A DNA stretch of 64,000 bases from an uncultured Candidatus Rokubacteria bacterium (GCA_963762145.1 CAVXJS010000022.1:73885-137884); one strand, 5' to 3'; shown: positions 38,055-48,572, counted from the first letter of the stretch. Numbers and translations are program-made. The notes: generated from the letters alone by a model not told the origin.

Positions 38055-38360
38055 TCAGGGGTAACATTCACCGACAGCCGGCACGCCCGGCAAATCGCCC
38101 GAGGGGGAGGGACCAACAAGCGGTCCCCCCTCGGGTTCCTGCCTGCTTGGTGCCTCAGTCTGCTTGGAGTTCAAGATCTTCCTCAACGTGTTGATTGCCT
38201 GCTGGAGCTCCACCTTCGACCAGCTCGAGAGCGCTTCCCTCGCCTGCTCGATTGAGCAAGTACACAATTTCACCGTAATCCTGCCGCACCGAATGCAGGG
38301 CATGATCTCCTCCTTACTAAGTCGAGATCGAAGCGCCGACATGTGAAGAGCAACCGACAT
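38055..38360 (-). CDS. hypothetical protein
   Basis: 101-aa ORF with a possible internal start at MPCIRCGRITVKLC. No family recognised. Confidence 0.3.
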   Translation of the reverse strand: MSVALHMSALRSRLSKEEIMPCIRCGRITVKLCTCSIEQAREALSSWSKVELQQAINTLRKILNSKQTEAPSRQEPEGGPLVGPSPSGDLPGVPAVGECYP

Positions 38361-38637
38361 GCCACGGAATTAGGCTAGATATTTCGAACTCTTGGCTGGA
38401 GGCTTCAGAGGATTGGCTGGCGGCTCAGAACCTTTGACCGAGTGATGATGCGGCATTTCTACCCGGTACCGCAACAAGACGGCCCAAGCTCGACACGCTC
38501 TTGACCTATCTCGTGCGGAGCGGGCCGGATCGTGGGCCAGCGGTCAACAACTCACGCTGAGCTCGGGCCCGAACAAGCCGTAGCCCCGGGCGGGGCCTCG
38601 TCGATCTTTACTAGTTTTTTACTCGACGGGGACTACC

Positions 38638-38874
38638 TTGGCCCGCATGGCACACCGCTGGCGGCTGACCAAGTCGAGCAGCACGACGGACCGCTGGTGG
38701 GTGACATGCAGTTGTGGCCGGTGGCGCGGCTACACCGAGACTGACGTACAAGCGCAACTACTCGCGGCGGAACATGGGCGCGAGAAGGGCACCCACGTTG
38801 TCAAGATCGAGAGCCGCGACGACTACCGCCGCCGAGCGCAGGCCGCCCGACTGCAACATCCGCGCTCAATCTAG
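38638..38874 (+). CDS. hypothetical protein
   Basis: 78-aa ORF (…WWVTCSCGRWRGYTETDVQAQLLAAEHG…). No family recognised. Confidence 0.3.
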   Translation: MARMAHRWRLTKSSSTTDRWWVTCSCGRWRGYTETDVQAQLLAAEHGREKGTHVVKIESRDDYRRRAQAARLQHPRSI

Positions 38875-39329
38875 CGCGTCGCCGAGCGCGTGTCTCACTA
38901 CGTCGTTGGCGGTGTCGGTAATGCGCGCCGAGGCAGGCTCCATGCGGTCAGAACCCTAGCTCATCGACGACGGTTGGAGCGTCCTCGTCTATCCACGCCT
39001 CACCTAGAGCGTGAATCGACTTGCCGAGCATTGACATGAGCAGGGCTTCCACTTGGTCAATGGTCGGGGGCGGGTCCACTCGTCAAGCCACTCTGTGTAG
39101 TCGCGTTCAACCCCAAGCGGTCTCCCAAGCGACGCACGCCGACCAGCACTCCGCTGTTGCGGGCTTTCGGCGGTAAGCCACTCGGCGGCCAGATTCTCCC
39201 CTGTTGAAGGCTTCCCCGTTTGACGTCTCGGAGTCGTAACATTGTCGTAATGTATCGGGGCTGACGATCTGACTTCAATATTTTTATTGGCATTCCCGAT
39301 AGGAGGCTCGACACCGGCTGGTCGAACGT

Positions 39330-39800
39330 CTAGCTCTGCGCTCCTCGTCGTCGGCCAAGGAAGTAGAAGAAGGTGCCCGTAGCCACGTTCACCAGAAGGC
39401 TGCTGATCAAGAAGTCCCAGGACCAGATCAAGCTCCAGAAGCTCTTCGGTCGCTCCACCAGCGACTCGATGGCGCGGTGCTGCTCGGGGAGAGTTCCAGA
39501 GCGTCCGTTGCTGCTGGAGCGAGGCGAGTTCCTTTTCGATGGCGCGGACGCTCTCGATGCGCGCCGCCGTCTCCGATTGGAGCTTCTCGACGAGGGAGAG
39601 GGTCTCGCGTGAGTTGGCGTTGAGGGCTTCCAGCTTCTTCTGAATCTGTCCCGCAAGCGGTGGGGTTGGTCGCTCGCTGCATCATGCCAGTGGTTACGAT
39701 CACCGACAGCGCGAATGCGGAGACGATCCACACAACGACGAGGCCGAAGTCGTAAGCCAATACCCGCCCATCTGCATCCGGTACCGGGATGCCCTCGATC
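39330..39800 (-). pseudogene. hypothetical membrane/coiled-coil protein split over three frames
   Basis: A TM segment (GLVVVWIVSAFALSVIVTTG), a coiled coil (GQIQKKLEALNANSRETLSLVEKLQSETAARIESVRAIEKELASLQQQ) and a C-terminal TM segment (FWSLIWSWDFLISSLLVNVATGTFFYFLG) lie in successive frames. Confidence 0.3.
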
Positions 39801-40303
39801 TGGTGGCCGCACCATTGGACAGCGTGAGCCTCGCGGAGCCGAAGAGATCGCACACGGCGTAGCTCTTCACCGTGACTTGACCAGGATAAGGCCCGCGTGG
39901 CGGATTCGCCTTCAGCGTCGCCGCAAGGAATTCCTGGTGAGGATCGCGAAGCTGCTCCGTCGCCGCACAGGGACTCCGTGAGTTGCACCGTCCCCGACCT
40001 CATGCACGCGACCCAAGTCGCGCAGCCATTCCACATGAAAGGCGGGTGTATGGTGCAGCTCATTAGCCGGAACGGCCGGTACCACACCAAGCGCTTTGTA
40101 CAGGGGCCGTGGGTGGCTTGTCGCCTCGCATCCAATTCTTCCCGGGAAATGTTTCCATGCGGCCCCGCATTTTTCAGAGGAGGTGAGTGCCTCTAGCGGT
40201 CGAGTGGGGCTCTGAGGTCCTTTTCATCAGGTGCCGAGCAAGGATTCGGCCCTTTCGGTGCCTGAAGCGGTAGAGGACGCGATTACAGGGACGGGGGGCG
40301 TGG

Positions 40304-40653
40304 ATGAATGAGCGGGTCGGGATGGCGTGCGACTGTGGGGCCGACATGCCGCGCCTGCTACTCGTCGCTGTAGCCGGTGTGGTCGTCAGCCTAATTGGCT
40401 GCTCCAAGACCTTGTGGATCGCCCCACCGGGCGGTAGCGAGCAGCAGCTCTTGCGGGATTCCTACGCGTGCCGGCGGGATGCCGCCACGCCACCGGCGCC
40501 CCCCCAGTGTTGCCGGCCTCCACTGGCTTCGTCCATCCAAGCCAAGGCTACACGATGGCTCCTCAGGGGCTCGGCCCCGCGCCGGGAGATCAAGCACGGG
40601 AAGAGGGGCTCGTCGCTCGTTGCATGGAATCGAAAGGCTATCGCCGCCAATAG
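40304..40653 (+). pseudogene. small lipoprotein with apparent frameshift
   Basis: Lipobox LLLVAVAGVVVSLIGC in ORF 40304..40705. The plausible C-terminus ...LVARCMESKGYRRQ* is in ORF 40468..40653. Confidence 0.4.
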
Positions 40654-40857
40654 ACGCGGGCGAGGTGTTCGACCTTCGCCCGAAGGGGAGGAGCCGCCCT
40701 GTTGAGGGTGCCGCTTCGCGTATCCCATTTGCCGGGTCACGGACATATGACTTTTATCTCGTCATGGCTTTGCAATGCACCGAGGAGCCGGCTCTGGTAG
40801 GATACCTCCCCACGGCCGCCTGAGGAGAGGCAGCGCGGCCAGCGCGGAGGAACTCCC

Positions 40858-41460
40858 ATGCGGCTGATCTTGATTGGGCTGTGTGCTGCGTTCTCGACTG
40901 CCGTGGCGGTGATAGGGCTCCAGCCCGGCACCATCGCCTTGCGGAACGCCCCCGAGGAATTCATGGCCATGCCCTGGGGCGCCAGCGAGTCCGAAGTCCG
41001 CGCGACACTCGCGGACACGGTGCAGGTCGCGGGTGCCCATGGGCCGAGACTCGGCGACTGCCAGGACTACCCCGCCTCGGATCGTGGCCTCTACGGCGAC
41101 CGCTTTTGCGTCGGCGGCGCTGCCCTCGGCGGCACCAAGATCGAAACCACGTATTCCTTCCGTCGCGGTGGGTTGGCGTCGCTACGGATGATCTTCAACT
41201 CCGATTCCTTTGATCGGATCGAAAACATCTTCATCGAGCGGTACGGACCGCCAGTGTCTGCCTTCAATGAGGAGGTCGAGCTATCAACCAAGATCAATCG
41301 CTTTCTCCTATGGGAAAGCGAACACATCAAGATCGTGCTACGGCGCTATTTGAAGAGCAGCACCCGGGGGGCCGCGACCTACACGACGGCAGGCGAACAG
41401 GCCGAGGTGATGCGCCTCGTTCACGACCTGGCCCGGCGGGATGCCGGGAAACGCCCTTAG
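40858..41460 (+). CDS. hypothetical secreted protein
   Basis: 200-aa ORF with an N-terminal hydrophobic signal (MRLILIGLCAAFSTAVAVIG). No family recognised. Confidence 0.5.
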   Translation: MRLILIGLCAAFSTAVAVIGLQPGTIALRNAPEEFMAMPWGASESEVRATLADTVQVAGAHGPRLGDCQDYPASDRGLYGDRFCVGGAALGGTKIETTYSFRRGGLASLRMIFNSDSFDRIENIFIERYGPPVSAFNEEVELSTKINRFLLWESEHIKIVLRRYLKSSTRGAATYTTAGEQAEVMRLVHDLARRDAGKRP

Positions 41461-41723
41461 CGCGGCTGCCGGTCTCTGCTTGACCACGCGCCTGATCTCC
41501 CCAACTCAGAGTCTGCCGCTTCGGGATCACGGTCGGTGGGTGCATGCACGGCTAGCCTAGCCTCAACTTCCGCCATCCGCTTCTCTACGAATCTGCCAGA
41601 GAAGCCTCTCCCGGCGTTGCCTGTTCTCTTGAGACGTGGCGGCAAATTCAGACCGGACGGGCGACATCTACACGTGTCTAGGGTCGTCTGCCGTATGCGA
41701 CCTGCTCCCCGACTCTCCTCCAG

Positions 41724-42540
41724 TCAGGAGGTGAGCATTGGGCTCGGTGCCCGGTCACGAGTGCACTGCTCGAACTCCGTTGGGGGCACGTTGCCGAGGG
41801 AACTGTGGGGCCGGACGGCATTGTAGTCCACACGCCAGGCCTCGACGATCTGGCGCGCGTGAGCCAGGCTAAGGAACCAGTGCTCGTTCAGGCACTCGTC
41901 GCGGAATCGACCATTGAAACTCTCGACGTAGGCATTCTGATTCGGCTTGCCCGGTTCGATGAAGTGCAGCCGGATGCCGCGGGTGTAGGCCCACGCGTCG
42001 AGCGCCCGGCCGGCGAATTCGGGACCATTGTCCGTGATCAACACCGCCGGGTTCCCGCGCGTTTCGACGAGCCGCTGCAGGACCTCGACGACCCGGCGCC
42101 CGCCGATCGAGGTGTCCACTTCGATGGCCAAGCAGGCCCGGGTGAAGTCATCGACGACGGCCAGGAGCCGGACGCGGCGACCGTCTTCCAGGGTGTCCAG
42201 CAAGAAGTCGAGCGACCAGCGCTCGTTGATCCGGGCCGGCGCGGCGAGCGGTGTCCCGCGGGGGACACGGCGCCGGCGTCGGCGGCGCCGCACCACGAGC
42301 CCCTCGTCTCGATACAGGCGGTAGACCCGCTTGATTCACGCGGTAGCCCTCTCGACGGAGGAGGACATAGAGCCGGCGATAGCCGAAGCGGCGCCGCTCG
42401 GCGGCCAGGCCGCGCAGCCGGTCACGCAGCGCCGGCCAGTCGGCGCGCCGCCCCTGGTAGCGGCACGTAGACCGGTCCATGCCCACCAGGCCGCAGGCCC
42501 GGCGCTCACTCAATCCGAAGCTCGCCTGCATCGCCCGCAC
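41724..42540 (-). pseudogene. IS3-family transposase OrfB (DDE/rve integrase core) with an extra, non-programmed frameshift
   Basis: The N-terminal part is in ORF 42148..42540 (…[20 protein letters not shown]). The DDE core is in ORF 41724..42296 (…WSLDFLLD…ITDNGPEF…[21 protein letters not shown]). The switch lies near 42300-42330. Confidence 0.85.
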
Positions 42541-42563
42541 CGCGATCCGCTGCGCCGCGGGCG

Positions 42564-42830
42564 TCAGGCCTTTTTTCCGACCAACTCCTTCAACGCTTGG
42601 TTATCCAGCGTGAGATCCGCGACCAAACGCTTCAGCCGGCCATTCTCGTGCTCGAGCTGCCGCAGCCGCCGGGCCTCATTGACCTCGAGGCCGCCGTACT
42701 TGGCTTTCCACCGGTAGAACGTCTGCTCGCTGATGCCGTGCCGGCGACAGAGGTCGGTCGTCTTGCCGCCCGCCTCGGCCTCTTTCAGGATCCCGATGAT
42801 CTGCTCTTCCGTGAACCGCTTCCGACGCAT
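42564..42830 (-). CDS. IS3-family transposase OrfA (HTH)
   Basis: 88 aa. MRRKRFTEEQIIGILKEAEAGGKTTDLCRRHGISEQTFYRWKAKYGGLEVNEARRLRQLEHEN. Confidence 0.9.
   Translation of the reverse strand: MRRKRFTEEQIIGILKEAEAGGKTTDLCRRHGISEQTFYRWKAKYGGLEVNEARRLRQLEHENGRLKRLVADLTLDNQALKELVGKKA
42570..42576 (-). other. A-AAA-AAG programmed -1 ribosomal frameshift heptamer of the IS3 element
   Basis: The reverse complement of cttttttc (42570-42577) reads GAAAAAAG, immediately before the orfA stop codon (42564-42566). Confidence 0.7.
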
Positions 42831-43452
42831 CGCGGGGCCTCCCCGCGGGCATCCTAAGCCGAATCCTCACCCACCTCGTGGCGGAGTTTTCGGGGAGCAG
42901 GTCGTATGGACTCTCGAATGCGATGGCAGTCCTATTCCTTGGACGATACACGGGCTTCGGTGACGCGGGAAAACGGGCCTGAAGCCGGCGGGCGACTCCG
43001 CGTCGCTGTGTCGTCTCGATTAGCATAGTTGACGCGCCGGGCTACCGCAGCCTTGAAGTCTCGGGAAGACAGTACCAGAGTCCTGGTTGTTGCTACCGCG
43101 CCACCGTGGCCTTTACGGCACCAGCATGGCGGCGGCTGGGCTCGCAATCCGCTGGCGACGAAGGCGGGGACAACCTTAGAAGAGCCCGAAGGGGCAGCCT
43201 CAAGAGGGCGGCTCCTCCCCTTCGGGCGTGGCGCCGGGCGTGCCCGTAGACACCCGGTGCCCCTCAGCGTAAGCTCCGCCGCGTGGCGCGTCATCGGCTC
43301 ACGCGACAACTGCGCCCGCCCTCATTGGGCGAGAGAAGGGAAGTCTTGGGGGTTGTTAGTGTAATAACCGCCGGCCCGAGTAGGCACGGCCACTCCTATC
43401 GGGCCCTTCTACACCATTTGGTGCGGTCCGCCACTGGCCCTCGTTTTGCTAG

Positions 43453-44022
43453 ATGATACGGATCGTGCATTTTGCCATCGAGTGTCTTACTTGGTTCGCT
43501 GCCTTATCTGTCTTGATGTCATTTCTAGAGCACCAGGTTCACCGCAGCCTGATGCACAGAAGGACTGTTTTGGGTCGCCATCTTCTGTCTTTCCACAAGA
43601 TGTTTGAACACCACGCTATCCTTCATCACGGGCAATACAGCAAGGTCTTTGCTGACAAGCCCGTTGCTGTTGGTGAAGATCGGCATTTGCGCTTGAGCCT
43701 ACGTGAGGGCTTTCTAGAGGTGCTGCCGATCGCCGCGCTTCTTGCTGTAATCTCATTGGAGGGTGCGATCATCCTTGAGATTGTTGTCTGCATGCATCAC
43801 TTCATATGGAACAAGATACACCTAGAGATGCACAAGCCCGAAAAGCGCTTCTTTAGCGATTGGGCAGTATACAAGTTTCTTGGCAGGTACCATTACCTGC
43901 ATCACAAGCACCCGGACAAGAACTTCAATGTTGTCATACCGCTTGCCGACTATGTTCTGAGAACTAACATTCGCGCCAGCAACTCGGAGTTGAATGAGAT
44001 GTATCGATTGAGGCTTCTTTGA
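43453..44022 (+). CDS. fatty acid hydroxylase / sterol desaturase superfamily membrane protein
   Basis: 189 aa in a visibly lower-GC segment. His boxes HRSLMH, HHAILHH and HYLHHKH. Confidence 0.75.
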   Translation: MIRIVHFAIECLTWFAALSVLMSFLEHQVHRSLMHRRTVLGRHLLSFHKMFEHHAILHHGQYSKVFADKPVAVGEDRHLRLSLREGFLEVLPIAALLAVISLEGAIILEIVVCMHHFIWNKIHLEMHKPEKRFFSDWAVYKFLGRYHYLHHKHPDKNFNVVIPLADYVLRTNIRASNSELNEMYRLRLL

Positions 44023-44136
44023 TCGCGTTCTGAATAGAAAGTCTCCCGCCTCCGCGCCCTCCCGCCCTCGGCCTTCGCGCCTGTGTCTCGAGGGCCGAGA
44101 GCAGCTCTGGCACAGCGGTCGGACTCCTCGATCACC

Positions 44137-44439
44137 TGATCCACCCGCAGCAGGAGCGACGGCAGGATCGTCAGGCCGAGCGTCTCGAGGTTGATGACCA
44201 GGTTGAACTTCGTTGGTTTGCTCGCCCGGCAGATCGGCAGGTTTGGCTCAGTTGAGGATCTTGTCCACGTGGGTTGCCCCCCGGCGGTATGACTCGGCCG
44301 CACTCGACCTGTAGGTCATCAGCCCCCACAGGTCAAGGAACTCGTTCGTGAAGTACACCGCAGGGCGTCGGGCTTCATTCCGCAAACTGGCTACGGCTGC
44401 TGCAGCGGTGAGCGTCTGGATCAGGTCCCGTGTGGGCAT
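44137..44439 (-). pseudogene. C-terminal remnant of an ABC_sub_bind-type substrate-binding protein
   Basis: …YRRGATHVDKILN* then, in a different frame, KPTKFNLVINLETLGLTILPSLLLRVDQVIE. It has an internal deletion and has lost the family stop codon. Confidence 0.6.
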
Positions 44440-44447
44440 ACCGTCTC

Positions 44448-44675
44448 TCAGCCGGCCGGAGGCATAGATCGTTCATTCGCTGCTCCGCGGGTGGGTCCCG
44501 GCTGGACACGTTCCGGCGCGGCGTCTGGCTTAACAGTCGAGATTAGCAGCGCGATATCTCCGTTTCGGTACGTCAAGAGAATATCGACGGCTCCGGTGTA
44601 CCGCGACCGCTCCAGGCCGTCCATGTAGGCGTTGAGCCACTCGCGTTTTGTTGGCCTCTGTTCGGCCTGTACCAT
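44448..44675 (-). CDS. hypothetical protein
   Basis: 75-aa ORF lying 4 nt downstream of ORF 44680..44895. No family recognised. Confidence 0.3.
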   Translation of the reverse strand: MVQAEQRPTKREWLNAYMDGLERSRYTGAVDILLTYRNGDIALLISTVKPDAAPERVQPGPTRGAANERSMPPAG

Positions 44676-44679
44676 GGCG

Positions 44680-44895
44680 TCAGTCCGTTAGCCGAGACAG
44701 CGCAAGCACCGCCGCCCGCCACCGAGGGCCACGCCCGGGGGTTTGTCCGTAGAGCTCCCCGAGCGATCGTGCACTGGCAGCCTCGCGCACGACGGAACGG
44801 CGCGGGGCAGTTGGAACGCGGTCCGACTCCGCGAGCTGCGCCCGCGTCAAACGCCGATTTGGACCGTGAAGCTTCTCGCCTTTACACATATCCAT
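44680..44895 (-). CDS. hypothetical protein
   Basis: 71-aa ORF. No family recognised. Confidence 0.25.
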   Translation of the reverse strand: MDMCKGEKLHGPNRRLTRAQLAESDRVPTAPRRSVVREAASARSLGELYGQTPGRGPRWRAAVLALSRLTD

Positions 44896-45043
44896 GGTGT
44901 GCGTCTCCCTAGCCCTGATGGGGCGATGGATGGAGTGACTGCATCAGAACTGTGGAATGGGTATGGCACGGGCAAGACATGCAGGCCTGCGATCTCTCCA
45001 CTAGAAGGCGGACAGCGAGTCGAAACCGATATGAACGGGCACC

Positions 45044-45255
45044 TTAATCATGCCTTGCGCTCGTCCCCACCAGCTCGCCCACTCGCGGATCCAGGTCCAG
45101 GTGCAAGGCGATGCCGTGCCGGGCCGCCCGCTCCTTGACCAGGGTGACGGCATTCTCCACGGCAGTCGGCAGGTGGAACGGGGCCGGGGTCAGCTCCATG
45201 CGACCGGCCTCGACTTTTGAAAGATCCAAAATGTCATTGATGAGCGAGAGCAGGT
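45044..45255 (-). pseudogene. fragment of a sensor histidine kinase (end of HisKA, start of HATPase)
   Basis: …HLLSLINDILDLSKVEAGRMELTPAPFHLPTAVENAVTLVKERAARHGIALHLDLDPRVGELVG then a stop. There is no sensor or ATP-binding part. Confidence 0.6.
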
Positions 45256-46056
45256 GTTGGTGAGTGCGCTGCCAAAGAAGACCGGCGCCCTTGCCCGACA
45301 AGAAGGCATCATGCATCGAAGCGTGCGCCGGCCCCGCTCAGGAGGTCGATCTCCACGCGCAGCTGGCCGACAGGCCCGGCGCGAGCCCCCACCGAGTCGC
45401 GTGTCCGCCAGATCCATGCTGACCACCGGGGCCTGGCGCCGGTTGTGCTCGGTACGCTCGAAGCGGAGCACCTGCCGCGCGACCAGGTCATAGACGCCCT
45501 AGAAGGTTGGGCCCTGTCCTATGGGCCAGTTCATCGCACCGCGCCGATGCCGAGCACCCGCTCGATCTCGTCCAGGAGTGCGAGGGGCTCGCGGCCCGGA
45601 TGGTCGAGCTTGTTGATGAACGTCAGGATGGGGAGCCCCCGAGTCCGGCACACCGCGAAGAGCTTGAGGGTCTGAGGTTCGATACCCTTGGCGCTGTCGA
45701 GCACCATCACCACGCTGTCGACCGCCATCAACGTACGATATGTATCCTCGCTGAAGTCCTGGTGCCCGGGGGTGTCGAGAAGATCAGCAGATGCCCCGCG
45801 TGCTCGAACTGGAGCGCGGTGGTGGTGATGGGGTACCCCGCTCCTGCTCGAGGGCCATCCAGTCCGAGGTGGCGCGGCGCTGGTTCTTGCCCGCTCGCAC
45901 GGCCCCAGCCAGCTCGACGGCGCCCGAGTAGAGCAGGAGCTTCTCGGTGAGCGTGGTCTTACCGGCATCCGGGTGGGAGATGATCGCGAAGGTCCGCCGG
46001 CGGCGGACCTCGGCCGCGAGGTCCGGCGGGTGGACGAGATCCCCGGTCGGCTTCAC
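45256..46056 (-). pseudogene. prfC: N-terminal half of peptide chain release factor 3, frameshifted and truncated
   Basis: [74 protein letters not shown] and PVFFGSALTN blocks are found in three different frames. It ends abruptly against the kinase fragment. Confidence 0.75.
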
Positions 46057-46682
46057 GAAGGACCCGTCTTGAGATCGGAGGCGAAACGGGTCGAGACGAG
46101 GACGAAGCGCACCGGCTTCCGGCCCGGATTCTCCCAGAGATGCGGGGTCTCCGGATCGAGGCTGACCGCGTCCCCGGCGACCACCCGCAGCACCTCGGCC
46201 CCCAAGGTCAGGCGCACGGCCCCGTCGAAGACGATCGCGAGCGCCTGTCCCGCATGCGCGTGCGGTCGCTTGCCGCTCGAGCCCCCGGCTCCGAGGGTGA
46301 CCATGACCGCCTCGAAGCTACGCGCGGCGCCCATGGGACTCAGGGCCTCGATCCGGGCACGCGACCACCAGCTCGTCAGACGCCGGCGCCGGGTCGCCCG
46401 GGTCACGGGGCGAGCGCCGCCGGCCGGCTCCCGGAAGAAGTCACCGAGTGACACGCCGAGGGCGTGCGCGAGTCGCTGGAGCGAGGCGATCGACGGTGAG
46501 GCCTGGTTGTGCTCGACCTGGGAGATGAAGCTCGGCGAGAATCCCGCCCGGCTCGCCAGGGTCCGGACCGACAGCTCGTGTGCCGTCCGCAGCCGCCGCA
46601 CGATGTCGCCGAGGTTCTGCTCCGCGCCGGTGGCCGTCGCCGCGTCCTCCGGCGGCCTCCGTCTCGCCGCTAACCTCTTCAT
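46053..46682 (-). CDS. XRE-family HTH + cupin-domain transcriptional regulator
   Basis: 209 aa. [56 protein letters not shown], then a cupin barrel. Its stop overlaps the prfC-fragment start. Confidence 0.85.
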   Translation of the reverse strand: MKRLAARRRPPEDAATATGAEQNLGDIVRRLRTAHELSVRTLASRAGFSPSFISQVEHNQASPSIASLQRLAHALGVSLGDFFREPAGGARPVTRATRRRRLTSWWSRARIEALSPMGAARSFEAVMVTLGAGGSSGKRPHAHAGQALAIVFDGAVRLTLGAEVLRVVAGDAVSLDPETPHLWENPGRKPVRFVLVSTRFASDLKTGPS

Positions 46683-46694
46683 CGCCTCATCCTT
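46531..46694. repeat. ~160-bp repeat, copy A (5' end of the XRE-cupin gene plus its upstream leader)
   Basis: Alignable by eye along its whole length with 47920-48081. Confidence 0.7.
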
Positions 46695-46824
46695 AGAGTT
46701 CGGGCGGGTAGCGGGCGCGCGTTTGCTGCCGACGCGCGAGCAATAGACCCCTCGGGAACTGCCTCACCGAGCGGTCAACGACAATGGTGGCGGTGAGAGT
46801 GCCCGCCAGGCAACTGTTGGACAT

Positions 46825-47646
46825 TTAGGACGCGCTCGCCGTGCCCGTCGGGGCCGGGCGAAGGCCAGCAGCGCCAGGAAACGCAGTGTTCACAGCGACG
46901 CAGTCGAACTCCACCACTCTGAGCTGAGGATCCGTGCTGACCGGAAAGATCCCGGTCACATCGAAGGAATGCTCCTTGAGGGTCCGGAGTGAGGTGAGCC
47001 AGTCCGGCATTCGGGCATAGATTGGCAGAACCGATACTTCGGTCTGAAGCGCCGCTATTGACGCGAGAGTGGTGCTGGCTCCGTTGATCACTTCCAGATC
47101 GTACCCCTGAGTGTCGAGCTTCAGGTAGACGTTTCGACAGCCGGATGTGGCTCTGATGCCTTCCATCACATCGGTCAGCCGCCTTACCTGTACAGTCTCC
47201 ACCTGGACGACCGCGTTCAGGTGCGCTAGCGTCGGAACAGTGGAGGAATCCGGTGACAGGAAGGACGTGAACGCGCTTTCGCGCATCACGTTGATCGGGT
47301 ATAGCCCACTCTCGCTTCCGAGGGCGAATCCATGGATTTTCCACAGTGCATCGTTCTTGGCTTCCGCTTCGAGGTGTTTGAGGCATGCCGGGTGGGGCTC
47401 GAAGGACGCGATGTAACCTGCGTAGCCGACCTCCATTCTCAGAAACTTGTGGTATTGCCCCCGGTTCGCCCCAACGTCGAGCACACAGTCGATGTCCAGC
47501 CTCTCGAAGAGCTCCCGGAGGTGAGTCGCGAGGGCGAGATTTTTAAGACGCCACCGCGGAATCACTTCGTACCCCGTTCGAACTGCCCGCATCAGGAGCT
47601 TAGTCAATACCTGCTTCATCTTCCGCGAAACGCCTTTGCCCAACAT
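46825..47646 (-). CDS. FkbM-family SAM-dependent methyltransferase
   Basis: 273 aa. DVGANRGQYHKFL...ASFEPHP...HGFALGSESG...YLKLDTQGYDLEVINGA is typical of the FkbM family. Confidence 0.8.
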   Translation of the reverse strand: MLGKGVSRKMKQVLTKLLMRAVRTGYEVIPRWRLKNLALATHLRELFERLDIDCVLDVGANRGQYHKFLRMEVGYAGYIASFEPHPACLKHLEAEAKNDALWKIHGFALGSESGLYPINVMRESAFTSFLSPDSSTVPTLAHLNAVVQVETVQVRRLTDVMEGIRATSGCRNVYLKLDTQGYDLEVINGASTTLASIAALQTEVSVLPIYARMPDWLTSLRTLKEHSFDVTGIFPVSTDPQLRVVEFDCVAVNTAFPGAAGLRPAPTGTASAS

Positions 47647-47919
47647 CGTTGTCCCTCATCCCATTGGAGAGTTGAAGATCTGCCAGAACACTACTCCGGC
47701 AGCGGCATTCGGTCCGGCACACACCAGCATGGCGGTCAGGCTGCGAAGGATCTCCGTGACCTTGCTCCCGGCGACTCGGCCCACGTCGCATCGCGCCGTG
47801 TCGTCTGGGGCTCCCCGCAATGGTCGGTCTCCCGCGCCCACCCGCGCCGGTGGGGCACCGAACGAACGATGGGTGCCACCGCGGCGGGTCGCGGACGATG
47901 CCCGGCCCGGGCAGCGCAG

Positions 47920-48081
47920 CTTGGCGAGAACCCGGCCCCGCCCGCCAGGGTCCGGAGCAACAGCTCGTTGCCGTCCGCAGCCGCCGCACTATGTCGCCGA
48001 GGTTCCGCTCCGCCCGGCGGCCGTCGCCGCGTCCTCCGGCGGCCTCCGGCCCACCGCTGATGTCTTCATCGCCTCACCCTT
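47920..48081. repeat. ~160-bp repeat, copy B (decayed 5' end of an XRE-cupin paralogue)
   Basis: Minus-strand translation [19 protein letters not shown]..., then frame loss. The parallel in copy A is [19 protein letters not shown]. Confidence 0.7.
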
Positions 48082-48572
48082 GAGACTCTCATACGGTGTA
48101 CAGTCCTACTTTACAGACCGTAGGCCTATGCCGCAAGTTAGCAATCGCCCTGGGGAGTGCGCCCCCGTCGATCCCGTCAATGCCGAGTACCGCAGCGCGT
48201 TCGCGCCGTTAGGCGGGCGGCTTAGGAGTCGGCACGCGGTGGTCCACGGACTCGATCAACTCACGGCGTTCCTGAGCCAGGCGCACGTCCCGACGCCGGA
48301 CATCGACGAGCGTGGCGGGCTGGCCACGCGACGGGTCCACTCGATCCCGCGGGTGGGGCTCACGGCCGCCGACCTCGAGGCCCTCGGGCTCTAGGCCGGG
48401 GCGCCCGTCGCGTCAGCCCTCCAACACCTGCAACTTGTTCAGAGGGCGGGCGGTACCCGAACTAGGCGACGCCATCGCCACACCTCGGTAGTGGCCGACT
48501 GCGAGTCACGCCAAGGGCGAGCGCAAGCCCGCGAGAAAGCACGCGGCGCCTACTGGAACGCGGCTTGCTCTG

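Larger units (their letters stand above)
41696..42906 (-). mobile_element. IS3-family insertion sequence (IS407-like)
   Basis: Imperfect terminal inverted repeats tgcgacctgctccccga (41696-41712) and tcggggagcaggtcgta (42890-42906). orfA/orfB organisation with an A6G slippery site. Ends are approximate (+/- 3 nt). Confidence 0.85.

Noticed and set aside
44448-44895. Two adjacent small ORFs as a toxin-antitoxin pair
   Set aside because: Size and spacing are suggestive, but neither sequence shows a recognisable toxin or antitoxin fold or motif. The evidence is insufficient.
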